Source of the DNA: Geosiphon pyriformis uo1
Lineage: Eukaryota; Fungi; Glomeromycota
Assembly (NCBI GenBank): GCA_016748015.1
Contig: JAAOMT010000176.1
Location: 62,001-125,938 of the forward strand
DNA length: 63,938 nt
Direction of reading: 5' to 3'
Position numbers and translations under genes: made by a program. The notes below the pieces were generated by a model. It saw only the letters and a program-made list of their open reading frames with translations, had not been told where the DNA came from and searched no databases. This document shows positions 13,542 to 25,027 of the stretch, one piece after another; the first letter of the stretch is position 1, and each line of letters opens with the position of its first letter.

Positions 13542-16500
13542 ATGAACGAAAATAATTTAACGATAACCAATCTTCTGCAACCGCAATCACCCAATGATCC
13601 TCACTCCGTTGATTCTAAAATGAATTATGTCAATGGTATTCCTTCAATAGAAGGAGAAGATAATAAAACACCTGTGAAAAGAAAACGTCTAACGCAAGCA
13701 TGTGATGCATGCCGTAAGAAGAAGGTTAAATGTAGTGGGGAAAAACCTACTTGTCAAAATTGTCAAAGACTCAGCACTGCTTGTACTTACATCCCAAGCA
13801 CGAAAAAGAGGGGTCCAAGGGTGGGACTTGTTGAAAGTTTGGAAAAACGTCTTCAGCAAATGGAGAAACTTTTACAACCACTTAAACATAAAGGGCTCGT
13901 TCCTGACTCGGAAGGAAAGTCTGGTGTTAATGAACCCTCTGCAAAAAAACCTCGACTGAGTTCTGACCAGGCCTCGACATTAAAAAAGGAAATTGAGAGC
14001 CAGAAATATGAAAATTATAATTCTTTAAATACAGAAACCATGGAGGCTTCTAATGTTGAATTCTCATTTCCCATTGGAAAATCATATGATTCTCAAAATT
14101 CATTGGGTTATTTCAAATTACCTGATATCTCTGACTCACCTAGCCCTACATTTCCCCAAGCTACCAATAACCCGATGGACAGCTTCCTGAACGCTAAAGG
14201 TTATCAACCGACCAACAATCGAGATGCCCAATTAGAAATCTCAAATTTCTTACCACAAACATCTCTTCCTCCATCCCCACCAGAACCACCGATAATGCAA
14301 CCTACGCCAACCACTCCAATAATTAATCAATTTCCCAAAAGTGAGAATCATAAAAATTTAGATTTCCAAGAAAGAAACAATCAAAATGGTTCGAATGATA
14401 TACTTCTATTCCTTGGTGATTCTTCGGCGAAACCTGGGTTCCATACTACCCAGGAGTTATTTCAAGAGTCTCTAATGACCAGTAATTCTGCAACAACTTC
14501 CTCCGAAACTTCAAGTAATTTTTCAAATATCTCTCTTTTCGCCATTACATATCGAGGGGCAGAATCACCGACCCCTACTCTCGTAAAAAATATAGGGACG
14601 AGTTTACCCTCTCAGGATATCGTTATTCATCTTGCCCAATGTTACTTTCGTTTCCAATATAAACAAATGCCAATTTTTCACGAAGAAACTTTCATGCATC
14701 GATTAAGGGAGAATAAGGTCTCTCAATTTTTAATGTTTGCCTTATGCGCTGCGACTGCAAGGTATAATTTAGAAAATATCACTTTCAAGTTATATTATCC
14801 TTAAAAATTGATTAGATGGACTCGAACTTTTTTAATTAGATTTTCGGATCATCCAGAGATTGTATGCAATCCTCCATACCTTTCTGGAGATATCTTTGCC
14901 GAAATAGTCAAGCCAATGGTATTAGACTCCTGGGACCAACCTTCTGTTGAACATGTTCAGGGTAAGTCTTAGTCTTATCGTTAGATCTTCAGGGATTTGG
15001 CTATTTATTTAATATATATGTTACCTTCAAAGCTTTCCTATTCATGTCTATACATGAATATGGCAGAAATCAAGGGCCAAGGGCTTGGATGTACATCGGC
15101 TCAGCTGTCAGGTAATTCAAGTTATTGGTGCATGATATTTTTTAATGTGAAAGCATTAATTGATTGAATTAATCTATTATAAAGGATGGCACAAGAGTTA
15201 GGGCTCTACAAAGAATTTGAAGGTCCTTCAGCGGGCAGCGCACAAAATCTTGATTCCGAGGCTGCTTTTATTGAACGAGAAGTTAGGCGGCGTACATTTT
15301 GGTGCTGTTTTATTGTTGACAGGTATGGAAATAAATTATTTTTTCTACCAGATTTCAGATTCAAGATTTTTCAAATCCTTTATCTTAAGGTTTTCTGCCG
15401 CTGCTCTTGGCCGCCCTACAATCATTGATGAAGCTGATATTGAAATCCGGCTTCCTCTGGATGCTGGTTGGGAAAATCCACATGTCATCGTATCTGACAC
15501 GAAGAATGGGAGACTTACGGAAGTCCAAAGTAAAATTGGTTCGAAGTTACGACTTGAAAGTAAAGGTTCTTTTGCTACCTTTGTAAGTGTCGCCGCTTTG
15601 CTCGGGCGAGTAGCTCGAAAAGCAAACCGCTCAACGTTTGATGATTCGCAACCATGGAATACCAATTCCGATTACAATCTTTTGGCTCGAGAAGCAGACG
15701 AATGGTACGAAAGTCTAGACCCAAACATACAATGGCCTAAAGAGAAACCTAAGGAGTATAATGAAATTAATATCGCGGCAGAATATGTTAGTATAAATTT
15801 ACTCTATCATGCTGCCGTTATCATTTTGAATCGGCCCCATCTTGTGCTCCTTCATAAGGGTATTGTCCCTTCTGAACATATGGAGTTTTTCCAAGAATCG
15901 TCTAAAAGATGTTCACGCTCAGCACAATTAATGTCTGAAATGGTAGAAGTTTTATTGAACTCTGGACTTTATTTTATGTGTCCTTTCACCGTCTACCCTA
16001 TCTTTGCATCGGGAACGATACATATTAATAACATGTTCAAAGGTGACAAGGATATATCCGAGTTAGCCAAAAGGTATTTTAAAGTCAATATGCAATACCT
16101 GACCGTTATGGAGCCATTTTGGGGGATGGGAGGCAAATTTAAGTTGATTCTGAGCGAAATGTACCGGCAACATCAGGAGCTTGGTGAAATCACTTGTCCT
16201 TTTGCTTATTGTGATGGCGAAGACCGTTTTTCTTCGACAGTAGTCAATTCGAAAATCCAATTCCCTACTGTCGCTGATCTTGGTTCTGATCTAGGTCTAA
16301 TGGAATTTTGGAACTGCGCGACCTTTCCTACAATGCCAAGACCGTGCTCTAAAGGGAGTGAAAAGAGAGAAAAGTCTGTTATCGGATTTCCTCAAAACCT
16401 TTCAATCCCCGATCTCAGTTTGGAAACACAATCGTATTATCTCGGCGACATTTTATCCCCACGTTCTTTTATGAACGACACGTACGGGATGTCTGATTCA

Positions 16501-16677
16501 TGGCTTCATACTCTTCGATCTTCATCTACAATTCCTTCGATTACCCCTCGCACACTTCGCATTAATAAAAAAGATCCTAATGATGATAATGATTACTCCA
16601 TGCCGGACGATTATTTTTCTCAGGATATGACCCTTTATAATTCGAACATCAATGCAATTGGTTTCTCCTTCGAATAA
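13542..16677 (+). CDS. Zn(II)2Cys6 fungal transcription factor with a Fungal_trans (MHR) domain
   Basis: ACDACRKKKVKCSGEKPTCQNCQRLSTACTY cluster; later exons read RAWMYIGSAVRMAQELGL and EREVRRRTFWCCFIVDRFSAAALGRP. Confidence 0.93.
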
Positions 16678-17196
16678 GCAATGATTGAAACTTATACTAC
16701 CTCGCAGAACATGGAATTTATGAATGTTTCATCCAACACCGAAGATGATGCAAATTAATCATAGCGGGAAAAAAATGAACACTTATAATGTCACACGTCA
16801 CAATCCTGGAGTTCAAATTTCGAGTACCATTTTGTGAATGTACAGAATCCTTTTCTGCAATTTCTAATCGAACAATCGGTTGGTTGAAACTTCATGCTAT
16901 TACTATGGTCTCTCATTCTGAATTGAGACGGGATGGCTAAATTGTTTTTTTATTTATATCTAATCTTAAATTTGGACATTTAAAATATATAGAAAATATA
17001 CACATTCTTGTAATTAGTTTGTTCTATTATTGTAATTTTGTTTAAAATTAGTAACCAGTTTAAAAGAAATCGGTGCAAAACCAATAAGAATTTTCGCTTA
17101 CTAGAAAAAGACAGAACAATAAGCCTACCAATATTATGACACTTCTTCCAAAATGAATTTAGCCAATTATAAATGGCAAAAGAGCCTGATGTTTCA

Positions 17197-18234
17197 TTAC
17201 AACTTGTTCATTTCAACCTCGCATATTCTCAACACGGTGTAGAACTGTTTATGACGAATGTGTCTCGTACGTGGGTTCCCCTTTTTCTTTTTGATGGTAA
17301 GAATCTGTGGACCTCTTGGCTGTTCAACAACCCTCGCTTTTATGCTACAAAATCTCTCCGATATCAACGGTTGACCTTTGATAGTAAAATCCTTGGACCC
17401 AAGTTCACGAACGCGATTCAGTTTCATCACATCTCCTAAATTAACATCCTTCAAACGATTCGTAATAACCAAATCACCAGCAGTGACAAGAAAAGCACGC
17501 CCACAAATCTCCACCACAGCATAATATCGTAATTGATTGCGAAGTCGCTCAACAAGTTCTTTAGTAGTATGCGGGGGATATGCTTTTATTTGTCTCAACC
17601 TTTCTTCTCGTTGTTTCTCCAACCTTTGTTGCTGCTCCAATTTCAACTTTTCCAATAATTGTTCGCATTCTTTTTTCCGTTTATATTGTTTATCGTTTAT
17701 TTGCTTTTTAGGTTGTTTCCGGTCGGCCTTATTGTTGCTGTTTAAGAGAATTGATCTGTTTCGTTGTTTGAATTCGTAATTGAATTCTTGTATGACATTT
17801 AAACTTTTTTGCAGTTGCAAAATTTCTGCGACTGATTTGATTGGTCTTTGCATGGTGGGCAAAGGAGGTTTAATAGGGGAGATATTACTTGTTGAGCTAC
17901 CCACCGTTTTTGTATGTGCTCCTATGAGACAAATTCATCTTCTTTAAACAGGTAGGAAGAGAAAAAGTTAAATAAATTGAAATACCCCTTCGTATCTCGC
18001 CCATATTTATAGTCAGGTTTCGTGATTTAAGTTTTCTAGATAACAACTCTAAAGAGATTTGGACAGGCGAGATTGGTGTAATTATCCTATTTTTGTGAGA
18101 ATCATTTTCCAACGAGGAAAATTTGCAACTGCTTACTGACCATATCTATTTTTTATGAGAATTCTTGAGCAGCAGGATAATGAAACTTTGTTTTGCGTCA
18201 AAGCTATTGAACAAATGAAAGGAAATGGAGACAT
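17197..18234 (-). CDS. MRPL49: Mitochondrial ribosomal protein bL21m (Mrpl49-like); 5' exons tentative
   Basis: C-terminal L21 domain YAVVEICGRAFLVTAGDLV...RVRELGSKDFTIKGQP...KARVVE...HKQFYTVLRICEV. Two GT-AG introns give an in-frame path from ATG 18234. Confidence 0.8.
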
Positions 18235-18312
18235 GATTTTTGACGGTTGATCAGCAGCAGTAGGTACATTATCTATAAATGACAGAATTAGATTAAGAGT
18301 GATAGTGATTTC

Positions 18313-18330
18313 TTCTAGAACAAGCTAGAA
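18313..18330. promoter_or_regulatory. Gap-type heat-shock element upstream of SIS1
   Basis: TTC-TA-GAA-(7 nt)-GAA about 100 bp before the ATG of an Hsp40 gene. Confidence 0.55.
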
Positions 18331-18428
18331 ATAATTTAAACATATAGTCTTTGACCCTATTTTTATATATAATCAGCGGTATTATTCCCCTCATTTATTA
18401 CGATTTTGATTTGCGCTCACCTTTTGTA

Positions 18429-19641
18429 ATGGGAAAAGATTACTATCAAATCCTTGGTGTTGACAAGAGTGCGGACGATGAAGCTCTTAAGAAGGCCTAC
18501 AGAAAGCTAGGTTGGAGGTCTCTTGACTTCATTAAGCAAGTGGAAAAATGATTTATTATCATTTCTAATACTTCTCCTTTACAGCTTTAAAATGGCATCC
18601 GGACAGACACCAGGCAGAAGCAGATAAAACCAATGCCGAAAAAAAATTCAAAGAAATAAGTGAAGCTTTTGAAGTTTTGAGTGATAAAAACAAAAGGCAG
18701 ATATATGATACATACGGAGAAGAAGGACTCAAAGGTGGTGCACCTCCACCATCCGCTGAAGCTGGTGGTTTCCCATTTCCTGGTGGTCCTAACGTGAAAT
18801 TCAGTTTTACTTGTAAGTCTTCAAGTTTTACATCTCGGTTGTTTAGTTGTTTGATCACTAAATTCATATTGGGTTATTAGCGTCTGGAGGAAGAGGGTTT
18901 ACTCCATCAGATCCAAATTCAATATTCAGCGAGTTCTTGAGAGAATTTGGGGCAACAAGTTCCATGGGTGAGGATGAAACGGACTTCATGAGTGCGTTCC
19001 CTGGATTTGGCAGACCTCCAAAGGGAGCTAAGGGTTTTGGCAGGGGAATGTTTCCCACTGATCCTTTTAGTCGTGGTCCTCCTTCAGATGGAGGAGCTGC
19101 CAACGATGTTGTACATCCGTTGGCTCTCTCATTAGAGGATATATATAAAGGAGTCACAAAAAAACTCAAAATTACACGTAAATTGTATGATGCTTCATCC
19201 GGAAGACAGGTTCCCACTGACAAAATGGTTGAAATTCAGGTGCGTCCTGGGATGAAGGCTGGCTCAAAGATTCGCTTCGCAAACGCTGGTGATGAGTTGC
19301 CAAATGGGACATCCCAAGATATAGTGTTCGTGCTTGAAGAAAAACCTCATCCGGTATTCAAGCGGGAAAATGACGATCTTAATATTACTTTGAATCTCAC
19401 TCTAGCTGAAGCACTTACTGGATTCAAAAAGGTTATTCAGACCTTGGATGGCCGAAATTTAGCAATATCAAGCAAAACTGTAGTACAACCGGGCCAAGAG
19501 CAAAGGTTTCCCAATGAGGGCATGCCTACCAAGGATCCACATAAAAAAGGTGACCTTGTGGTGAAATACAAGATACAATTTCCCACAAGGTTGAGCGAAG
19601 ATCAGAAACAAGGTATCCGTAAAATACTTGAGGGTGCCTGA
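18429..19641 (+). CDS. SIS1: Type II Hsp40/DnaJ chaperone (Sis1/DNAJB-like), 3 exons
   Basis: [11 protein letters not shown]...ALKWHPD J-domain, G/F-rich linker, and C-terminal domain LSLEDIYKG...[10 protein letters not shown]...EALTGF...EGMP; no zinc-finger repeats. Confidence 0.92.
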
Positions 19642-20342
19642 CTTTGATTCGGCAAATCTTTGGCCAATCAAGGTTTTGTATATATTGGCCATGTGAATTT
19701 CCCATATTACCAAGAAATATTTTGACCCAATCGGATAGCCTTTTTACGAATATTTCTGGATAACGTTTCCTGAATCTACACTTAGCTAATGTTGGAAAAT
19801 CATTTATTATCCATCAGCCCTTTAATGATCTGGGTCTCGTTAAAGCAAACAAAAAACTATTGTAAATTATTTTAGAATTTGACTTGGCGAAAAACGAAAT
19901 TCGTGGATCACCGGTAGGACAGAGAACGCTTTGCAATATCCTTAATAAAATTATTATATATTAACTAAGGCCGGAACTATTTGATCTTGGTATAATTTAA
20001 TCTAATGCCCTAAAGTTGTTGAATAACTAAAACCAATGAAATGATGACCAGATTAATTCTCGATTCGCTCGGACTCCACACCCTCTAAATGCCACCGAGT
20101 TCTGCGCCTTGGAGCCATTAGATTTGCCATTTTTTTCTTTAGAATATGAAATGTTTTTTTTAAATAAATAAAATTTTCCTTCGATAAATGTTGTTGATTT
20201 GATAAAGTAGTCTTCATTAATATCCGAATCTTCATAATGATTTTTTAACAATAAAAACCCCACCTCATGTATTTATCTCTTTCGCGAACTAATTTCTAAA
20301 ACGCAACCATTACCGCCCCCCACCTCTGTTAACAAAAAAGGT

Positions 20343-20455
20343 TTCTACCCCCCTGTCTCTAGCACCAAGCAAAAAGAGAATCTCGGGCAACAAAAGCGAC
20401 TCCTTTTTCGATCGTCTCAGGTATCAACTTCAAACGACCGGGATTTAAGGCGCCT
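20343..20455 (+). pseudogene. tnpA: IS607 TnpA serine recombinase fragment
   Basis: 20343-20400 reads FYPPVSSTKQKENLGQQK (family motif YARVSSxKQKxDLxRQ). After a frameshift, 20417-20452 reads SGINFKRPGFKA (family motif DxGSGINFKRxG). Confidence 0.8.
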
Positions 20456-20640
20456 TCGAAGCAAAAAGCCCATGACCAAAACCAGGACAACAATAACACG
20501 CAACAGGCGACGAAACTCTCAACCACACGTTACGCTTACTACCCTTAGTGCGGTGGAGCAAAAGATGTCGTGTTGTATTGAAGAAGCAAAGTGGACTTCT
20601 TTTTAATGATGTTTCGGCTATATGATGTGAGCGATAGTTT

Positions 20641-21102
20641 TTTAAAGCCGTCGTCCGTCTCGGCATGCTCTTCACTGACGAAGCCATTGACAGCACGAGA
20701 CGAGAGATTATCCGACGTAATTTGTGGCAAGAAATTCTTTTTATTATAAGGATAAACGCACGCTATGCCCTCTCCACTTCGAAACCTAACGCAGAAACAA
20801 TTAGTGCCTATCCGCACAAGATTACATCTGACGGCAAACTTAAATATGCTCTGTTGGGCCTACCGTTTCCGTCAACGTCTGATCATCAAGGCCGAGGCCT
20901 AACACGCTTGGCTCTTGAATGTTTCAAAAATGATTTCCTGCTTTTTGCTCTAATCCACAAAAGGCGAGCTAAGAATCCATGTTGAAGCTATATGTTCAAG
21001 ACTTGTAGCTGGTGAGGTAATATAGAGGGTTCGAAATGTACAATTGCCTAAATTGCGGGCTCTAATGGACAGGGCGCTCAGGGATCTTCTTGCAATTCCT
21101 AG
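20641..21102 (+). pseudogene. tnpB: TnpB/Fanzor2 RNA-guided nuclease, C-terminal half, frameshifted
   Basis: KAVVRL...TDEA (20644-20685), HFET, MLCWAYRFRQRLIIKAE (20846-20896), E-A-Y-x-x-KTCSW*GNI-EGSK, YNCLNCGL, MDR...GA...GIFL (20984-21092). These match the LTWAHYRFRQRL, EAYTSKTCxxCG, CxxCGL and DRDxNGARxI motifs. Confidence 0.82.
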
Positions 21103-21289
21103 TACTTACTATTGAATATAAGTAAACTTTTCTGGTAGCTTTTCTTTTTTCACAAATTTGTTCGGATTATTGATGTCATTGAAAGCGAACAAAATTACCC
21201 AAGAACCCAACAGTTGGTGATCAGCTAAATATTATTGTTATCGAATATTATTTACTTTTTTAATTAAAGCAAAATCTTTTTTGATATAT

Positions 21290-24200
21290 TTATATTTGAT
21301 GTAAAATGTGTTGCAAAATAACAAGCATTTGATGGTAAAAATTGCCTTAACATATACTAATTGATATTTTTGTTAAAATATAAATATATAATTTTTAGAT
21401 TAATATTTGTATATTTATTTTTAATCAATTGTAAATTTACTATTTTTTAAATTTGATTAAATTATATATGTTTAAACTATTTAACTTTTTAATAATTATT
21501 TATAATTTAACAATTTTGTATTATTTTTGTGTATTTATTAAATATAATTTAATTGTTATATATTTATATATAATATATGCACATTTTATGATAAACAAAA
21601 TTTATCTGCTTTTTATATATTATTATCTAATAAAAATTATTAATTAATTAAAATTATTATTATAAATTAACTAATTATTAATTAAAACATTAAGATAAAT
21701 AAAAATAATATTAATTTACAAAATAATAATTATATTAATATAATACAATAATAATGTGCAATTACATACAATTAAACATAATTATGACTTTTTAAACCTT
21801 GAAAATACTTGATAAAAAAATAAATAATTTAATAATATAAAAATTTTACACAATTAAAAAAATTTTTTTATATAATTACAAATTATATATGTATATATAT
21901 ATATATAATAATTTTTAGTTTTTAGTTTTTAGTTTAAAAAAATATTGTTTTATTATTATATATTTATTTTATTTAAAATAAAATTATTTTTTAATTAAGT
22001 TAATTACTATATTATTTATGTATTTGATTATTAAATATTAAGACTTAATAATTTTTTTTACTGAATTTTATTTAAATAATAATTTTAAATAAATTAATAA
22101 TTAATTTAATATTTATAAATAATTAATATATTTAAAATAATATTAATATAATATTTAAATTATTAACTATATATACAGTTTTTTTATAAGTTAAAAAATT
22201 ATTAATTTATATTATTTTTTAGCATTGCGTTCATTTGTGCTTTATATTATCTTTAATATTTATATTTTTATATATTTTTTTTATCTTTATAAGTATTTAA
22301 ACACTATATATGTTTAATAATTTTTTGTAAAATTTTGATAATAATTTTATACATAATTATTTTTATTTTTATTTTTTAAATCGAAGTTATAAAATTAATT
22401 TAAATTACTTTTAATTTAATTAATTATAATCTTACTTATTAAAAACATTTATATATACCATATTTACTTTATAGTTAAAACTATAACACATATATTATAA
22501 TTTAAAATTATTTACAAATTACTATTATTTTTTTAAATTTTGTAAATTTTTTAATTTTATTTAAAAAAAATTATATATATAATAAAGATAAAAAATGCAT
22601 AACACAAATATATATATAAATTACAGTATCTTAAAAAAATAATTAAAAATAAGTTTAAAAAACATAATTAAAAACATAAAATATTTAAAAAAAAATGTTA
22701 AAAAAAACATTATATTAATTAAAATAATTACAATAATTTCAATAAAAACAATATTTTTAATTAATACAATTGTTACTTATTTTATTATTTTATAAATATT
22801 AATTAAATAATTTGTAACACTAGTTTTTAGATTATAAATATTGTTAAAAAAAGCATAAACTAAAAGTTAATACCAAAAATTTAATTTTGTAATAATATAA
22901 TCAATGTTATTAATATTTAATTATTTATTAAAAGTATTTGTTAATTTATTTTTAATAATTAAAAAAGTTATTTTTGTTTTTTAATAAGTGTATTCATAAG
23001 AATGACCATTTTTCTGATTTTTTATAGTAAATTGAAATTTTTTATAACTTTGTTTATAAAATAATAATTTTTTTTGTAAATTTTTTTATTATTGTCATGT
23101 TTTTTTTTGCGATTACGAATGTGGCCCAACCGCGTTGTTATGTTAAGAGAATTTTTATTTAATATTGAAATAATTAATCAGTTTTTATTTTAAATTTATT
23201 ATTTAAAAAGTTATAATTAATTTAAATTATTTAAATAAAAAAATTTTTTATTAAATTTAAAAAATAGTAAACTAATTAATTTTTACAAAGTTATTAATTA
23301 GTTAATTAATGTTATCAATTTATAATTTTTTAAAATAATTTTAAATTAGATTTTTATGCAAGAATTTATTTTTTAAAGAATTATTATAAATAATTTAAAC
23401 TAATTATAATATTTTAAATAATTTATTATTTTTACAAATATATTAATAACAACTTTTTAATTATCAAAAATATTAAACAAAAATTTTCTAATAAATATTA
23501 AAAAAAAACAGTAAAAACATTTTAAAATATTAAAAATTTATTATAAAAATATAATTATTAATTAACAATAAATTACATAATTTTTTAGTACAAGGTTTTT
23601 TTACTTATAAATTTTATTTAAATATAGTATTTTATAATCAAAAGCAAAAAACTTAATATTTAAATTTGTTTTATTTAAATGTAAAATACTTAAAATTTTA
23701 ATTAATAATATAATTTTCGAACTTAATATTAAGATTCTAAAAGTTTTAAAGAATTATTAATTTACAAAATATTTTTTTATTTACAAAAAAATTTACTTTA
23801 TTATTTAAAAGATTAGTTTTATATTTATTTTCTTAATTAAATAAAACTTTTAAAAATATCAATAATCAATTTAACAATATTATTAATTTAAAATTTCAAA
23901 AAAATTTATTAAAAAAATAAATAAACTTATTAAAAAATGAATAAACTTAATTACAAATTTTACTAAACAAAACAAAACAAATCTTACAAAAAAAATTTCA
24001 AAAATGTTAACTTAAAATTAATATTAAAATTAAAAACATAAAAATAAAAATAACTTAAAAAAAACAATAATTTTAATATAAAATATCAAACTAATATTAT
24101 TTTAATTAAGAAATAATTTTTTATAAACTTATTACAAACAAATATAAAAAAGCTTTCTTAAATAAAATCAAATTAATAATTAATATTAAAAGTTTTAATT

Positions 24201-24780
24201 ATAAAAATTTTTTATATAATTTTACAAATTAAAAAAAAAATTAAGATTTACAAAAAATTAAATATAAACAAATTAATAAAATAAAAAGCTAACAAAATAA
24301 TAAAATAAAAGATAAAATAATATTAAATATATATAATAATAATGCAAATTTATTTATTTATCATCAAATACCAAAATAATTAATTTTTTATTTTACATGT
24401 TTAAATTAATTAAGCCAAAAAAGATTTATTTATACATATTATTATTAATTATAATTAGGTTATAATTATTTATTATTTATTTTATAAAATTTATTATGCA
24501 AACTAGTAAACTTAATAATAAATAAATTATTAAATGTAAAATATATATAATAATTCAATAATAAAATTAAACACTAAAAATTGTATGCTATATATAAAAA
24601 ATAACAATAATTGAAGTTTGTTATAAATTATTAAAAATTAGAAAATTTCAATTATAATAAACAAATAAATATTACAATGCCAAAAATAAATTATTGAAAA
24701 AAAAAAACTAATGTATCAAAACCAATAAGATCAAAAATATTAGTAAAAAAAAAAAGATTTAAGGGACACCAGTTAAAAGT
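21290..24780. repeat. Extremely AT-rich low-complexity desert, probably a decayed TE
   Basis: About 3.5 kb almost without G/C, no credible ORF, sharp borders with normal intergenic DNA. TE origin is inferred, not read. Confidence 0.55.
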
Positions 24781-25027
24781 GATACTACTAAAAAATAATT
24801 CCAAAGTAAAAATACGTATTGTGACGTTTAATAATTTTGGTGACCTCATGTTCACTTTGGTTTTGTTACAGCATGCCCCATTTATTGTTTACTTTTATTA
24901 ACAAACCACCCCCACGAAAAAATACTGCTTGAAAAAAGAAAGCTTTGCGATTCTCTTTCAATCTCCTAATCTTTGACTATCATCTGCACTCCTCTTATTC
25001 GACCCATTAATACTTTCAACCAGAATC

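Larger units (their letters stand above)
20270..21102 (+). mobile_element. Degenerate, internally deleted IS607-family element (tnpA + tnpB/Fanzor2); ends not defined
   Basis: Serine-recombinase motifs followed in the canonical order by TnpB/Fanzor motifs, all on the + strand but in shifting frames. Confidence 0.8.

Noticed and set aside
20043-20160. RFARTP as the N-terminal HTH of TnpA
   Set aside because: Similarity too short and weak to support.
20665-20985. 106-aa ORF as a standalone gene
   Set aside because: It crosses frames of the Fanzor relic; most recognisable motifs lie in other frames.
21049-21062. AAATTGCGGG resembling the group I intron P element
   Set aside because: No Q/R/S elements found; the bases encode the LNCG zinc-ribbon motif of TnpB.
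19900-21250. Telomerase RNA, RNase P/MRP or C/D snoRNA (ATGATGA at 20041) as the explanation for the GC-rich island
   Set aside because: No CTAACCCTAA-type template, no P4 consensus, no convincing box D/terminal stem; the IS607 motifs explain the region.
21453-21647. Short I/L/F/Y/N/K-rich ORFs in AT deserts (also 37619-37801), or organellar DNA insertion
   Set aside because: Compositional artefacts; no mitochondrial gene, rRNA or tRNA motifs recognised.
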